A stretch of 17,192 bases of DNA from Nitrospinota bacterium (GTDB lineage Bacteria > UBA8248), in the NCBI GenBank assembly GCA_046581755.1, contig JAYGFR010000312.1, forward strand, positions 1 to 17,192. Direction: 5' to 3'. Below, in pieces: positions 7,536 to 15,159 of this stretch. Numbering within the stretch: position 1 is the stretch's first letter; each line of letters opens with the position of its first letter. The notes beneath the pieces were generated by a model. It worked only from the letters and a program-made list of their open reading frames with translations, had not been told where the DNA came from and searched no databases. A program made the position numbers and the translations under genes.

Positions 7536-8582
7536 TCAACGCCGGGGCAGGCCCGGCCCCTGGGGCAACCCCGGTCCCCGCGGCAGTCCCGGGCCCTGGA
7601 GAAGGAGATTTTGGTCCGGGGGTGGAACCCGGGAGGAGCCACCCAGGGAAATCACGGCCATCGCGAAGAACACCGTTCCGACCAGCAATGCCGCCGCCGC
7701 CAGGCTGGCGCGAGGGGCGTTTCCGCGCCATCTCAAAATACTCACAAATAATTCAAGCAATCCCAGGACACCCCCGATCAGGAAAATCACCATGACCAGG
7801 ACCAGCGGCCGGGACGAACGCATGACCTCGCGGATGGGCTCCAACTGTTCGGTAATCAACCAAACTACCGCCAGGACGATCAGGAGAATCAGGCCTCCGA
7901 AGGATACAGAGGCGCCCAGCCGTATCATCCGAGCGCCCATCGAGACGGATTCGCCGCGTTCCCAGAAAAATGAACGGCATCCCACCACCATGAGCACCAC
8001 CCCGCCCGTCAGGGCGGAGGCAAACAGGATAAAGGCCATCAAAAATAAAAATGAAAGAGAGGTCCAAGCGGCGAGAGGGCTTTGCCGAATTTGGGGCCAA
8101 AGAGATGGATCGCCCACCCCCGCGATTAACCCGGCAACCACTGCCACCACGATAATGGCGGTGATTCCAGACCCGACAGGCCCCCATATCTGGCCCGGGG
8201 ACGGTCCCCGACCCCATCCAGGGGCCCTTTCTCCAATTTGAAACAGCCCTCCCCACGCCACCAGGAACAGGGGGACCGTCCAGAGAACGGGCGCCAAAAA
8301 AACGGAAACCGCGAACCACCCGGCGGGATTCCGGCTCGACGCCAGGTGGACCGAATACAGCCCGAAGAAAAACACCCCCGCAAGGCAAACGCCCGAATAG
8401 CGGCCAAGCAGATCGGCCGCATCGAGTTCCCCCTTCGCGCCGGTCCGCCCGCCCCAGAATCTCATGTGGGCCACCGTCCAGGGAATCGCCACCAAGGCGC
8501 ATACGAAAAGAACGCACATGGACAGCACCAGCACCATCAGCCAGGCCGTCCACTCGGAGGAAACGAATCCGGCCGCGATCAT
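7536..8582 (-). CDS. Polytopic membrane protein, probable divergent second subunit of a cytochrome bd-like (CydA-homologous) module
   Basis: About 8 hydrophobic segments; ATGA overlap with the upstream CydA-like gene. Helix spacing resembles the partner subunit of cytochrome c-fused bd-like oxidases as I recall it, with weak similarity. Ends in (GPGLP[R/Q])x3. Confidence 0.6.
   Translation of the reverse strand: MIAAGFVSSEWTAWLMVLVLSMCVLFVCALVAIPWTVAHMRFWGGRTGAKGELDAADLLGRYSGVCLAGVFFFGLYSVHLASSRNPAGWFAVSVFLAPVLWTVPLFLVAWGGLFQIGERAPGWGRGPSPGQIWGPVGSGITAIIVVAVVAGLIAGVGDPSLWPQIRQSPLAAWTSLSFLFLMAFILFASALTGGVVLMVVGCRSFFWERGESVSMGARMIRLGASVSFGGLILLIVLAVVWLITEQLEPIREVMRSSRPLVLVMVIFLIGGVLGLLELFVSILRWRGNAPRASLAAAALLVGTVFFAMAVISLGGSSRVPPPDQNLLLQGPGLPRGPGLPQGPGLPRR
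7542..7595 (-). repeat. Three tandem 18-nt coding repeats encoding GPGLP(R/Q)
   Basis: C-terminus GPGLPR-GPGLPQ-GPGLPR-R; copies differ at synonymous positions. Confidence 0.8.
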
Positions 8583-10507
8583 GGCGTTTTCCCTCCCGGT
8601 TTCGGGGTCTTGGCATCCGCCGGTTTTTTACTTTTCTCATCCTTGGCCGTGGTGGGTTTCGATTTTACGCTCTTCCCGGCGCCGCGCTCCGGCTTCTTGC
8701 CTTTTCCTTCGCCGGGAGCCGGGATTTTATCCTTTGCCTTTAGAGACGCGGGGGGAGGCGGCTTTTTTCCGGCGGCTTCAGGTTCCTTGGCCGTCTTATC
8801 CTTGATTGTCTTATCTTTGGCCGTCTTATTTTTTCCTGGGCCATCGGGAGATTTCCCGGGTTCGGCGGCGGGCCGGTCCGGCTTCGCCCCGGAAGGCTTT
8901 GGCCGGGCGGGTTTCGCCACGCCCGGTTTGCCCTCGGCCGGCTTCGCTCCAGCCGGTTTGGACACAGCGGGTTTGGTTTCAGTCTGTTTCGCCTCGGCCG
9001 GTTTGGTTTCAGTCTGTTTCGCCTCGGCCGGTTTGGTGTCCGCCGGTTTGGACTTCGCCGGTTTGGTGTCAGCCGGTTTCGCCTCGACCGGGGCGCCGCC
9101 GGAGGCGGGCGAAGAGGCTGGGACACGGGAAGGCTCGGTTTTTTTCACTACCGGAGGAGCGGGTTTGGGCTTGGCCCGGACGGCAGGAACGGGCTTGGCC
9201 TGGACAGCGGGAGCGGGCTTGGAAGGCCGGGACGCCAGCGTGCCGCCTGAATCCCTAATAAGTTTTTCGAGGTAAAGGGCGGCCGCCTTTTTTTCCCGTC
9301 GGTTTCCACCGAATATGGGAAGCTGGGGATGGCGCGAGGATAAATTACCGAGAAACGACAGTGCGTCTCCCTCGTACCGAATCGCGGCCAGTGCCGGGAG
9401 ACCGCCCTTTTTCAGCCACTTCGAATGACAAGAAAAACATTGGGCGCGGAAGCTGAACGCCCCGAGCCCCACCCCGCTGGGAGGCGGCTCATTCCGCCGC
9501 CAGGGCGCCGGCTTCCAAAGGCCCGAAACGCTGAGCTGCCCAATTTCGGAAATCAAAATTCCGTTCCGGAACAAGTATCCCTGGATCGAGAACGGGCCCT
9601 CCACATGGGTCCGAATCCGGTAAATGCCGCCCGCCTGGGCCAGCAGTACGACGGCGGCGATGGCCGACAGGGCGAGACCGAAGCCTTCCGATCGCCTGAC
9701 CGCGGTCCAAAACAGGAATGCGCTCAGCGACAGGGCCAGCGCCGCCGTGACTGCTCCCGGAACGACGGAGGCGGCCACGCGGAAGAAGAGAACGAAAACC
9801 CAGTAGGCAGTGAAAACGATCCCGGCGATCGAGGCGGCGATGGTCCAAACCCCCAGCCACCCCGCCAGGGAGGAGCGCCAAAGGTCATCCTTTCGCAGGG
9901 CGGCGTAAATCAAACCGGCACCGCCCGAGACCGCAAGGGAAAACGAGCACCAAACGAGATAGGCGGGCGCGAAGGAAGGGTTCAGCAATGCGTCCCAGGT
10001 GGAGCGCGTGTTGTGCCAAAACCCCGGCGTCATGGAAAACGAGGCCATCGATACCGGAAGCGCCGAGGCCGCGAAGAGCGCTACCGCCGCCAGGACGCCC
10101 ACTCCGAAATGGGCCGGGAACGACGAGCACAGGCGGGTCCATTTCCCGGTGTGCAAAAAGAGCGCCACCATGCCAGCGAGCAGGAACCCCCAGGCAAACC
10201 GCATCGGGAGCTGAAATATTTTTTGAAACTCCGCCGCCGCCATCGGGCGAAGAACGGTCTGGGCCAGCCACAGGAGGGACCCGGACAGCCCCACCCCGAA
10301 CACCATGAGGTTCACCACCCGTGAGGAGATGGCGCGGGCGAGCTGGTCCCACCTCGGATCGACGCTCCGGCGGCCCCGGACCTGGGCGGCCAGGGCATAC
10401 ACCATGCCGCCCGCCGCCAGCCCCGTGAGGATCATGAAAACGAACGACAGCGAGGCGAGAAGGCCGGAAGCCAGGGACGGGGAAACGTTAACGAAGGGAT
10501 ATTGCAC
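8579..10507 (-). CDS. Divergent CydA-like (cytochrome bd-like subunit I) membrane protein fused to a cytochrome c domain and a Lys/Pro/Ala-rich repeat tail
   Basis: N-terminal QYP, about 9 TM helices, motifs AAGG, VFG..LSG..LW, SMTPGFW...WDALLNPSFAP, RIR....PFSIQGYLFRNGI, CFSCH at 9425-9439, PIFGG.R.EK.A.A.YL. Start is GTG 10507 (AAAGG upstream) or ATG 10522. The ORF-track extension to 11215 is spurious. Confidence 0.75.
   Translation of the reverse strand: MQYPFVNVSPSLASGLLASLSFVFMILTGLAAGGMVYALAAQVRGRRSVDPRWDQLARAISSRVVNLMVFGVGLSGSLLWLAQTVLRPMAAAEFQKIFQLPMRFAWGFLLAGMVALFLHTGKWTRLCSSFPAHFGVGVLAAVALFAASALPVSMASFSMTPGFWHNTRSTWDALLNPSFAPAYLVWCSFSLAVSGGAGLIYAALRKDDLWRSSLAGWLGVWTIAASIAGIVFTAYWVFVLFFRVAASVVPGAVTAALALSLSAFLFWTAVRRSEGFGLALSAIAAVVLLAQAGGIYRIRTHVEGPFSIQGYLFRNGILISEIGQLSVSGLWKPAPWRRNEPPPSGVGLGAFSFRAQCFSCHSKWLKKGGLPALAAIRYEGDALSFLGNLSSRHPQLPIFGGNRREKKAAALYLEKLIRDSGGTLASRPSKPAPAVQAKPVPAVRAKPKPAPPVVKKTEPSRVPASSPASGGAPVEAKPADTKPAKSKPADTKPAEAKQTETKPAEAKQTETKPAVSKPAGAKPAEGKPGVAKPARPKPSGAKPDRPAAEPGKSPDGPGKNKTAKDKTIKDKTAKEPEAAGKKPPPPASLKAKDKIPAPGEGKGKKPERGAGKSVKSKPTTAKDEKSKKPADAKTPKPGGKTP
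8780..9215 (-). repeat. Low-complexity pentapeptide (KPAxx) coding repeats with 15/30-bp periodicity, including an exact 30-bp duplication
   Basis: gtttggtttcagtctgtttcgcctcggccg occurs exactly at 8971-9000 and 9001-9030. Protein reads KPADT KPAKS KPADT KPAEA KQTET KPAEA KQTET KPAVS KPAGA KPAEG..., also KDKTI KDKTA. Confidence 0.9.
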
Positions 10508-10572
10508 GCCGAAACCTTTCATCCACGCCCGGGGGTTTGAGCGCCGGGACGGGGGGACCGCAACCGGGGGGT

Positions 10573-11691
10573 CTAAACCTTCGCGGCGCCTTTCGCCCGG
10601 TAGCGCTCCAGCTTGTCCTCGTCGAACGACACGCCCAAGCCGGGCGCCACCGGCACGGGTATCCGGCCGCTTCCGATGTCGAGCGGGCGATCCACCACGT
10701 CGTCCATCATTTTTTCGGGGCCGACGGATTCGATGGCCGGTAGGAAGACGGACGATGTGGCGGCGAGGTGCACCTCGGCCAGGGTGTGGATGGTGAGGCC
10801 GAATCCGTGGCCGATGACGAGGCGCATCCCCGCCGCCTCGGCGGTGCTCGCCATCTCGCGGGCCGGGATGAGGCCGCCCTGCTTCATGACCTTCAGCTTC
10901 ACGATATCGGCCGCCTCGGCCCGGATGATTTCGAGGAGGCTGGCGTGATCGTAGACGCACTCGTCGGCCATGACCGGAAAGCTTATCGAGCGGCGGACGC
11001 GGGCCAGGCCCCCTAAATTCTCCCGGGGGACGGGCTGCTCGAAGAGGACGGGGTTGGCCTCTTCCACCTCGGCGGCGAAGGCGATGGCATCCTCCACGCG
11101 GGCGTAGGATTCGTTCGCGTCGATGCGGATGTCCATGGCGCCGCCTACGGCCTCGCGCACGGCGAGGACACGCGCCGCGTCCGATCCGATATCCCCTCCG
11201 GCCTTGACCTTGCACGATACCCAGCCCCGTTGGCTGAATTCCAGCGCCTCGGCGGCGGCCTCATCCGGCGGGTTGATGCCGATCCAGGCGTTGAAGAAAA
11301 TCTCCTCGCGCACCGCACCGCCGAGAAGCGCATGGAGGGGCGAGCCGATGGCCTTGGCGTGGATGTCCGCCAGGGCGACGTCGAGGGCGGACTTGGCCTC
11401 GAAGAGCCCGGGGGCCGCCTCGGCCATCCGGCGCGAAGCCTCGCGCGCGCGGCGCGGGTCCGCCCCCAGCAGGGCCGGCCCGAGGACACTCTCGATAGCT
11501 TCGGCACTCTCGTCCCGGCCTGCCGATGAGTATCCGCTGAACGGCTCGGCGTCCCCGAACCCCTCGAGCCCCTCGTCCGTCCGGACCCGGACCAGGACGC
11601 AGGGCTGGACGTTGTGGTTGTGCGAGGCGTTCTTGTAGAACCCCTTCATGGGCATATCGACGCGGTAGGCTTCGACCGAGGACACTTTCAT
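10573..11691 (-). CDS. Enolase superfamily enzyme, muconate lactonizing enzyme (MLE) subgroup
   Basis: VRVRTDEGLEGFGDA, AKSALDVALADI..K, catalytic KVK, metal ligands DAN / EQP / ADE, second Lys in KLKVMKQGG, ESVGP, PGLGV. AGGAG ribosome-binding site. Confidence 0.93.
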   Translation of the reverse strand: MKVSSVEAYRVDMPMKGFYKNASHNHNVQPCVLVRVRTDEGLEGFGDAEPFSGYSSAGRDESAEAIESVLGPALLGADPRRAREASRRMAEAAPGLFEAKSALDVALADIHAKAIGSPLHALLGGAVREEIFFNAWIGINPPDEAAAEALEFSQRGWVSCKVKAGGDIGSDAARVLAVREAVGGAMDIRIDANESYARVEDAIAFAAEVEEANPVLFEQPVPRENLGGLARVRRSISFPVMADECVYDHASLLEIIRAEAADIVKLKVMKQGGLIPAREMASTAEAAGMRLVIGHGFGLTIHTLAEVHLAATSSVFLPAIESVGPEKMMDDVVDRPLDIGSGRIPVPVAPGLGVSFDEDKLERYRAKGAAKV

Positions 11692-11736
11692 CCAGTCCGC
11701 TCCTGCTATTGGCCCGCGCCGGGGCCGGGTGAATTT

Positions 11737-11769
11737 TTGCGCAACGCGAATGATATTCGCATCCTACCA
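11737..11769 (-). promoter_or_regulatory. Putative extended -10 promoter (TG-G-TAGGAT) with adjacent operator-like inverted repeat GCGAAT-N3-ATTCGC
   Basis: Minus strand TGGTAGGAT at 11769-11761, perfect 6-3-6 dyad at 11746-11760, and palindrome TTGCGCAA at 11737-11744, all upstream of the MLE start. Confidence 0.45.
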
Positions 11770-11811
11770 GAGACGGCACGGACCGTCTCTCGGCGCGGGG
11801 CGTCTCTGGGC

Positions 11812-14800
11812 TCAGGCCTCCCGCCCCGCATGGATCCGCCCGGCGGCCCGGCGGACCTCCTCTCGCGCGGCCCCGTCCAGCGGAAACGCCCTCTCCGCCC
11901 CCGGCCTCAAGAAGGCGAAGATCACCTCCCGGACCTCCTGGCCCGCCGCCGCCCCGGCCGCCATGGCGTAGGCGGCGCCCTGGGGGCGGTAATGCGCCGC
12001 CCTTCGATCCACGTCGGCGCCGCTCACGGCGTCGGTTTTGAAATCCACCACCACCAGCGCACCGCCCTCCTCGAACACCAGGTCGGCCACCCCCCGGAGG
12101 ATCCAGTCCCCCTCGCGCATCAAAACCGGAAGCTCCCGGAACACCCGCCCCGAGGCCGCGATGCGCCCGAACAGCGCCCCCTCGGTCGCCCCCCGGATCA
12201 TGGCCACCGCCTCGCCGATCTCTTTATCCGAAAGCCCGAATCCAGCCGCCGCCGCGCGCGCCTCCTCCGCCAGCGCATCCACCCCGGCCCGGTCATAGGA
12301 ACCCAGCCGCGCGAGCAGGGCATGGACCAGCTCCCCGAATTTCCGCCCGCCCTGCGCGCCCCCGGCCTCCAGGCTCGATATCCCGTAGCGCCCGGCCTCG
12401 CCCGCCGCCTCGGCCTCCCAATCCTCCGCCTCGGCCCCCGCCCCTTCCGGCAGGCTGCTCGGGCCGATGAACCGAAATCCCGGCCCCGGCTCCCCCAGCG
12501 CGGCGAGGCTTTTTTCCGCCCCGGCCCTCCGGCGGAGCGCGGCCCGCCTTTTTTCCTCATTCGCCTCGAAGGCATTCTCCGGCAGGCGGAGCACGCCGGG
12601 CTCGATAAGCTCCCCGGCGCCTTTCACCTCGGCCATTTCCGTCAGTCTCTCCACCTCCTCGCGCATCCCCTCGCCCGCCGCGCCGCTCTCTATGAGAATT
12701 TTCCAGAAAGAACTTTCGCCCGCGCCCTCCGCCGCCGGCAGGATGAGCCAGTCCCGCGCCCGCGTCGCCGCCACATAGAGCAGCCGCCTCCGCTCCGCCT
12801 CCTGAATCTCCGCCTCGCGCTCCCTCGCCCGCGCGTATCCGGCCGAAGTCAGGCCCCGCCCCTTCGGCCCCGTCTTCAGGTGAATCCGCCCGCTCTCCCG
12901 GTCCGCGATCCGGGCCATCTCGTCCGCCCTCGGCGCGCTCCCCAGGTCCACCAGGATCACCACCGGAAACTCCAGCCCCTTCGAGGCGTGAATCGACATC
13001 AAGCGCACATCGTCCCCGCCCCCGCCCGCCGCCGCCTCCTCGGGCTCCTTCGCCTCCCGCCCATGAGCGAGCTGGCGCTTCAGGTGGAGCGCGAACTCGT
13101 CCACCCCGCGCGCCCCGCCGCCCGCGAACTCGAAGGCGAGGTCGAGAAGCTTGAGCAGATTGGCCACCCGCCGCTCCCCGTTGAAGGAAGAAAGAAAAAG
13201 CTCGAACGCCTGGGTCCGGCGAAAAATCTCCTCCAGCAGCGCGCGGGGGCTCATCTCCCCGCGCCTCTCGTGGAACTCCTCCATCTCGGCCACCGCCCCG
13301 TCCATCTCCGCCGGATATCCAAGAGTGTCCTTTTCGCAAAGACGCCACCGGGCCAGATCTACGTCCGAGAACCCGTAGAGCGGCGAGCGCAGCGCGGCGG
13401 CCACCGCCAGCGGGTCCCCCGGATGCACCGCCGCCCAGAGCACCGCCCCTGCCGCCGCCACCTCGGCAGTCTCGTAGAAACCGCTCCCCCCGTCGGCGGA
13501 GACCGGAATATTCAACCGTCCGAAAGCCTCCTCGAAATTCGAAAAGGCCCCCCGCGTCCGGGAGACCAGGACGATATCCCCGTAGCGCACGGGCCTCGGC
13601 TCCTCGTTTTTGGGATGGACCACCGTCTTTTCATCCACCAGCCTCCGCACCTCCGCCGCGACGCAGGCCGCCTCCCTCCGCCGGCGCTCACCGGCGCTCA
13701 TCTTTCCCTCCAGCTCCTCGCCCGCGAGCAGCCGGACGCGCGCGCCCGCGTCCCGGCGGAAGGCATTTAGGGGCTCGTAGCGGGGCTGGACCGAGCCCCG
13801 CTGCACGATGATCCGCCCGAAAACCGCGTTCACCCAGTTCGTCACGCCGGGGGCGCTCCGGAAATTTTCGGTAATCTGAATCACCTTCCCGCCGGGCGAA
13901 TCCGCGATCCGGTTCTTGACGCCGTGATAGATGGCGATGTCCGCCCGCCGGAACCGGTAGATGGACTGCTTGGGGTCTCCCACGACGAACAAACCGCCCC
14001 CGGTGAGCTTCACCTTCCGCCAATCGTCCGCGCCGCCGCCCTCGCCCGCGAGACGAAAGATCAACTCGGCTTGGAGCGGGTCGGTGTCCTGGAACTCGTC
14101 CACAAGAAAATGATCGAAACGGCCCTGGAAATCCGCGCGGGCCTCAGGGCTCTCCCGAACCAGCCGGGCCGCGTGAAAAAGAATCCCCGCGAAATCGAGA
14201 ATCCCCTCCTCGCGCGCGCGAGCAGCGAGCGCATCGGCGTATACCGATAGAGAAGCCGCCAAACCCGACAAGACCTCATGGCCCGCCCCGGCGAGGGACT
14301 CTTCGAGAAAGCCGTCGTATCCATCCCGGAACGCCTTCCGGCCCTCACGCCCGCCCCATGCCTTGATGCCGCCCAGATTTTTGTTGAGCTTGGCCGACGG
14401 GCTCCAAAGCTCCCGTATCAGGCCGATGAGGTTGGAATCGGGAAGACCCTCCACCCACCCCGAGAGTTCTTCGAGCTGGAGGTAGGCCTTGTCCGATTTG
14501 TCCTGGACGATTGAATCGGCGAGGGCGCGCCAGCGCCTGAACGACGCGCGGACCGTTTCCTTGATCTCCGCCGGGGACCGGTTTTCGGGGATTGGAAACC
14601 CCGCGCGCAGTTCGGGAAAATCGAGCAGTGCATCCCGGACCTCCTCCAGATTCTTCAGCCCGAAGCCGAGTTCCAGGAACATCTCGATGGCCGGGTCTCC
14701 CCCGGTCATCCGCTCCCGCAGCCACCCCTCCCAGAGCCGGTCCCGCAGATCGTCGTGCGCGTCCGTATCCACGTCACCCGCGCCGGGCCGGAGACCCGCC

Positions 14801-15159
14801 TCGATGGGACGTTCCTGAAGGAGGCGCATCGCGAAGCTGTGGATGGTCGAGATCGGCGCCCGGTCGATCCGGTCCAGCGCCTCCCGGAAGCGGACGCGGG
14901 CCTCCTCGTCCGTTTCCTTTTCGAACGCACCCGAAAGGGCGGCGCGAATCCGGGAGCGAAGCTCGGCGGCGGCCTTGATCGTGAACGTGATGGCCACGAT
15001 CCGCTCTATATCGATCCCCTCGCTCCGGACGAGATGAAGCACCCGCCTCACGAGCAGATCGGTCTTGCCCGTTCCCGCGCCCGCCTCGACGAGGATGGGC
15101 CCCTCCGTCCAGCGGACCGCCAGCTCGCGCGCGCTTTGATCGCGGGGCGCGCGGCTCAT
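11812..15159 (-). CDS. addA: ATP-dependent helicase/nuclease subunit A (UvrD/RecB-type SF1 helicase plus C-terminal PD-(D/E)XK nuclease)
   Basis: EAGAGTGKT, ITFTIKAAAELRSRI, STIHSF, VDEFQDT, VGDPKQSIYRFRRAD, ENFRS, MSIHASKGLEF, RRLLYVAATRARD, nuclease GVADLV...VDFKT...Q...Y. ATGA overlap with addB. Confidence 0.93.
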   Translation of the reverse strand: MSRAPRDQSARELAVRWTEGPILVEAGAGTGKTDLLVRRVLHLVRSEGIDIERIVAITFTIKAAAELRSRIRAALSGAFEKETDEEARVRFREALDRIDRAPISTIHSFAMRLLQERPIEAGLRPGAGDVDTDAHDDLRDRLWEGWLRERMTGGDPAIEMFLELGFGLKNLEEVRDALLDFPELRAGFPIPENRSPAEIKETVRASFRRWRALADSIVQDKSDKAYLQLEELSGWVEGLPDSNLIGLIRELWSPSAKLNKNLGGIKAWGGREGRKAFRDGYDGFLEESLAGAGHEVLSGLAASLSVYADALAARAREEGILDFAGILFHAARLVRESPEARADFQGRFDHFLVDEFQDTDPLQAELIFRLAGEGGGADDWRKVKLTGGGLFVVGDPKQSIYRFRRADIAIYHGVKNRIADSPGGKVIQITENFRSAPGVTNWVNAVFGRIIVQRGSVQPRYEPLNAFRRDAGARVRLLAGEELEGKMSAGERRRREAACVAAEVRRLVDEKTVVHPKNEEPRPVRYGDIVLVSRTRGAFSNFEEAFGRLNIPVSADGGSGFYETAEVAAAGAVLWAAVHPGDPLAVAAALRSPLYGFSDVDLARWRLCEKDTLGYPAEMDGAVAEMEEFHERRGEMSPRALLEEIFRRTQAFELFLSSFNGERRVANLLKLLDLAFEFAGGGARGVDEFALHLKRQLAHGREAKEPEEAAAGGGGDDVRLMSIHASKGLEFPVVILVDLGSAPRADEMARIADRESGRIHLKTGPKGRGLTSAGYARAREREAEIQEAERRRLLYVAATRARDWLILPAAEGAGESSFWKILIESGAAGEGMREEVERLTEMAEVKGAGELIEPGVLRLPENAFEANEEKRRAALRRRAGAEKSLAALGEPGPGFRFIGPSSLPEGAGAEAEDWEAEAAGEAGRYGISSLEAGGAQGGRKFGELVHALLARLGSYDRAGVDALAEEARAAAAGFGLSDKEIGEAVAMIRGATEGALFGRIAASGRVFRELPVLMREGDWILRGVADLVFEEGGALVVVDFKTDAVSGADVDRRAAHYRPQGAAYAMAAGAAAGQEVREVIFAFLRPGAERAFPLDGAAREEVRRAAGRIHAGREA

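Noticed and set aside
8940..9090. 30-bp repeats considered as a CRISPR array
   Set aside because: Head-to-tail with no unique spacers, in-frame coding, and no cas genes.
4232..9275. Long plus-strand ORFs (4232-5221, 5218-6735, 7234-8241, 8238-9275)
   Set aside because: Antisense to genes with better support; their composition mirrors the opposite strand.
10523..11215. N-terminal 231-aa extension of the 878-aa ORF
   Set aside because: Arg/Gly/Pro-rich off-frame translation overlapping the well-supported MLE gene. The recognisable protein begins at 10522 or 10507, and no slippery site is evident.
11614..13770. 718-aa plus-strand ORF
   Set aside because: Antisense shadow of addA caused by high GC; no recognisable motifs.
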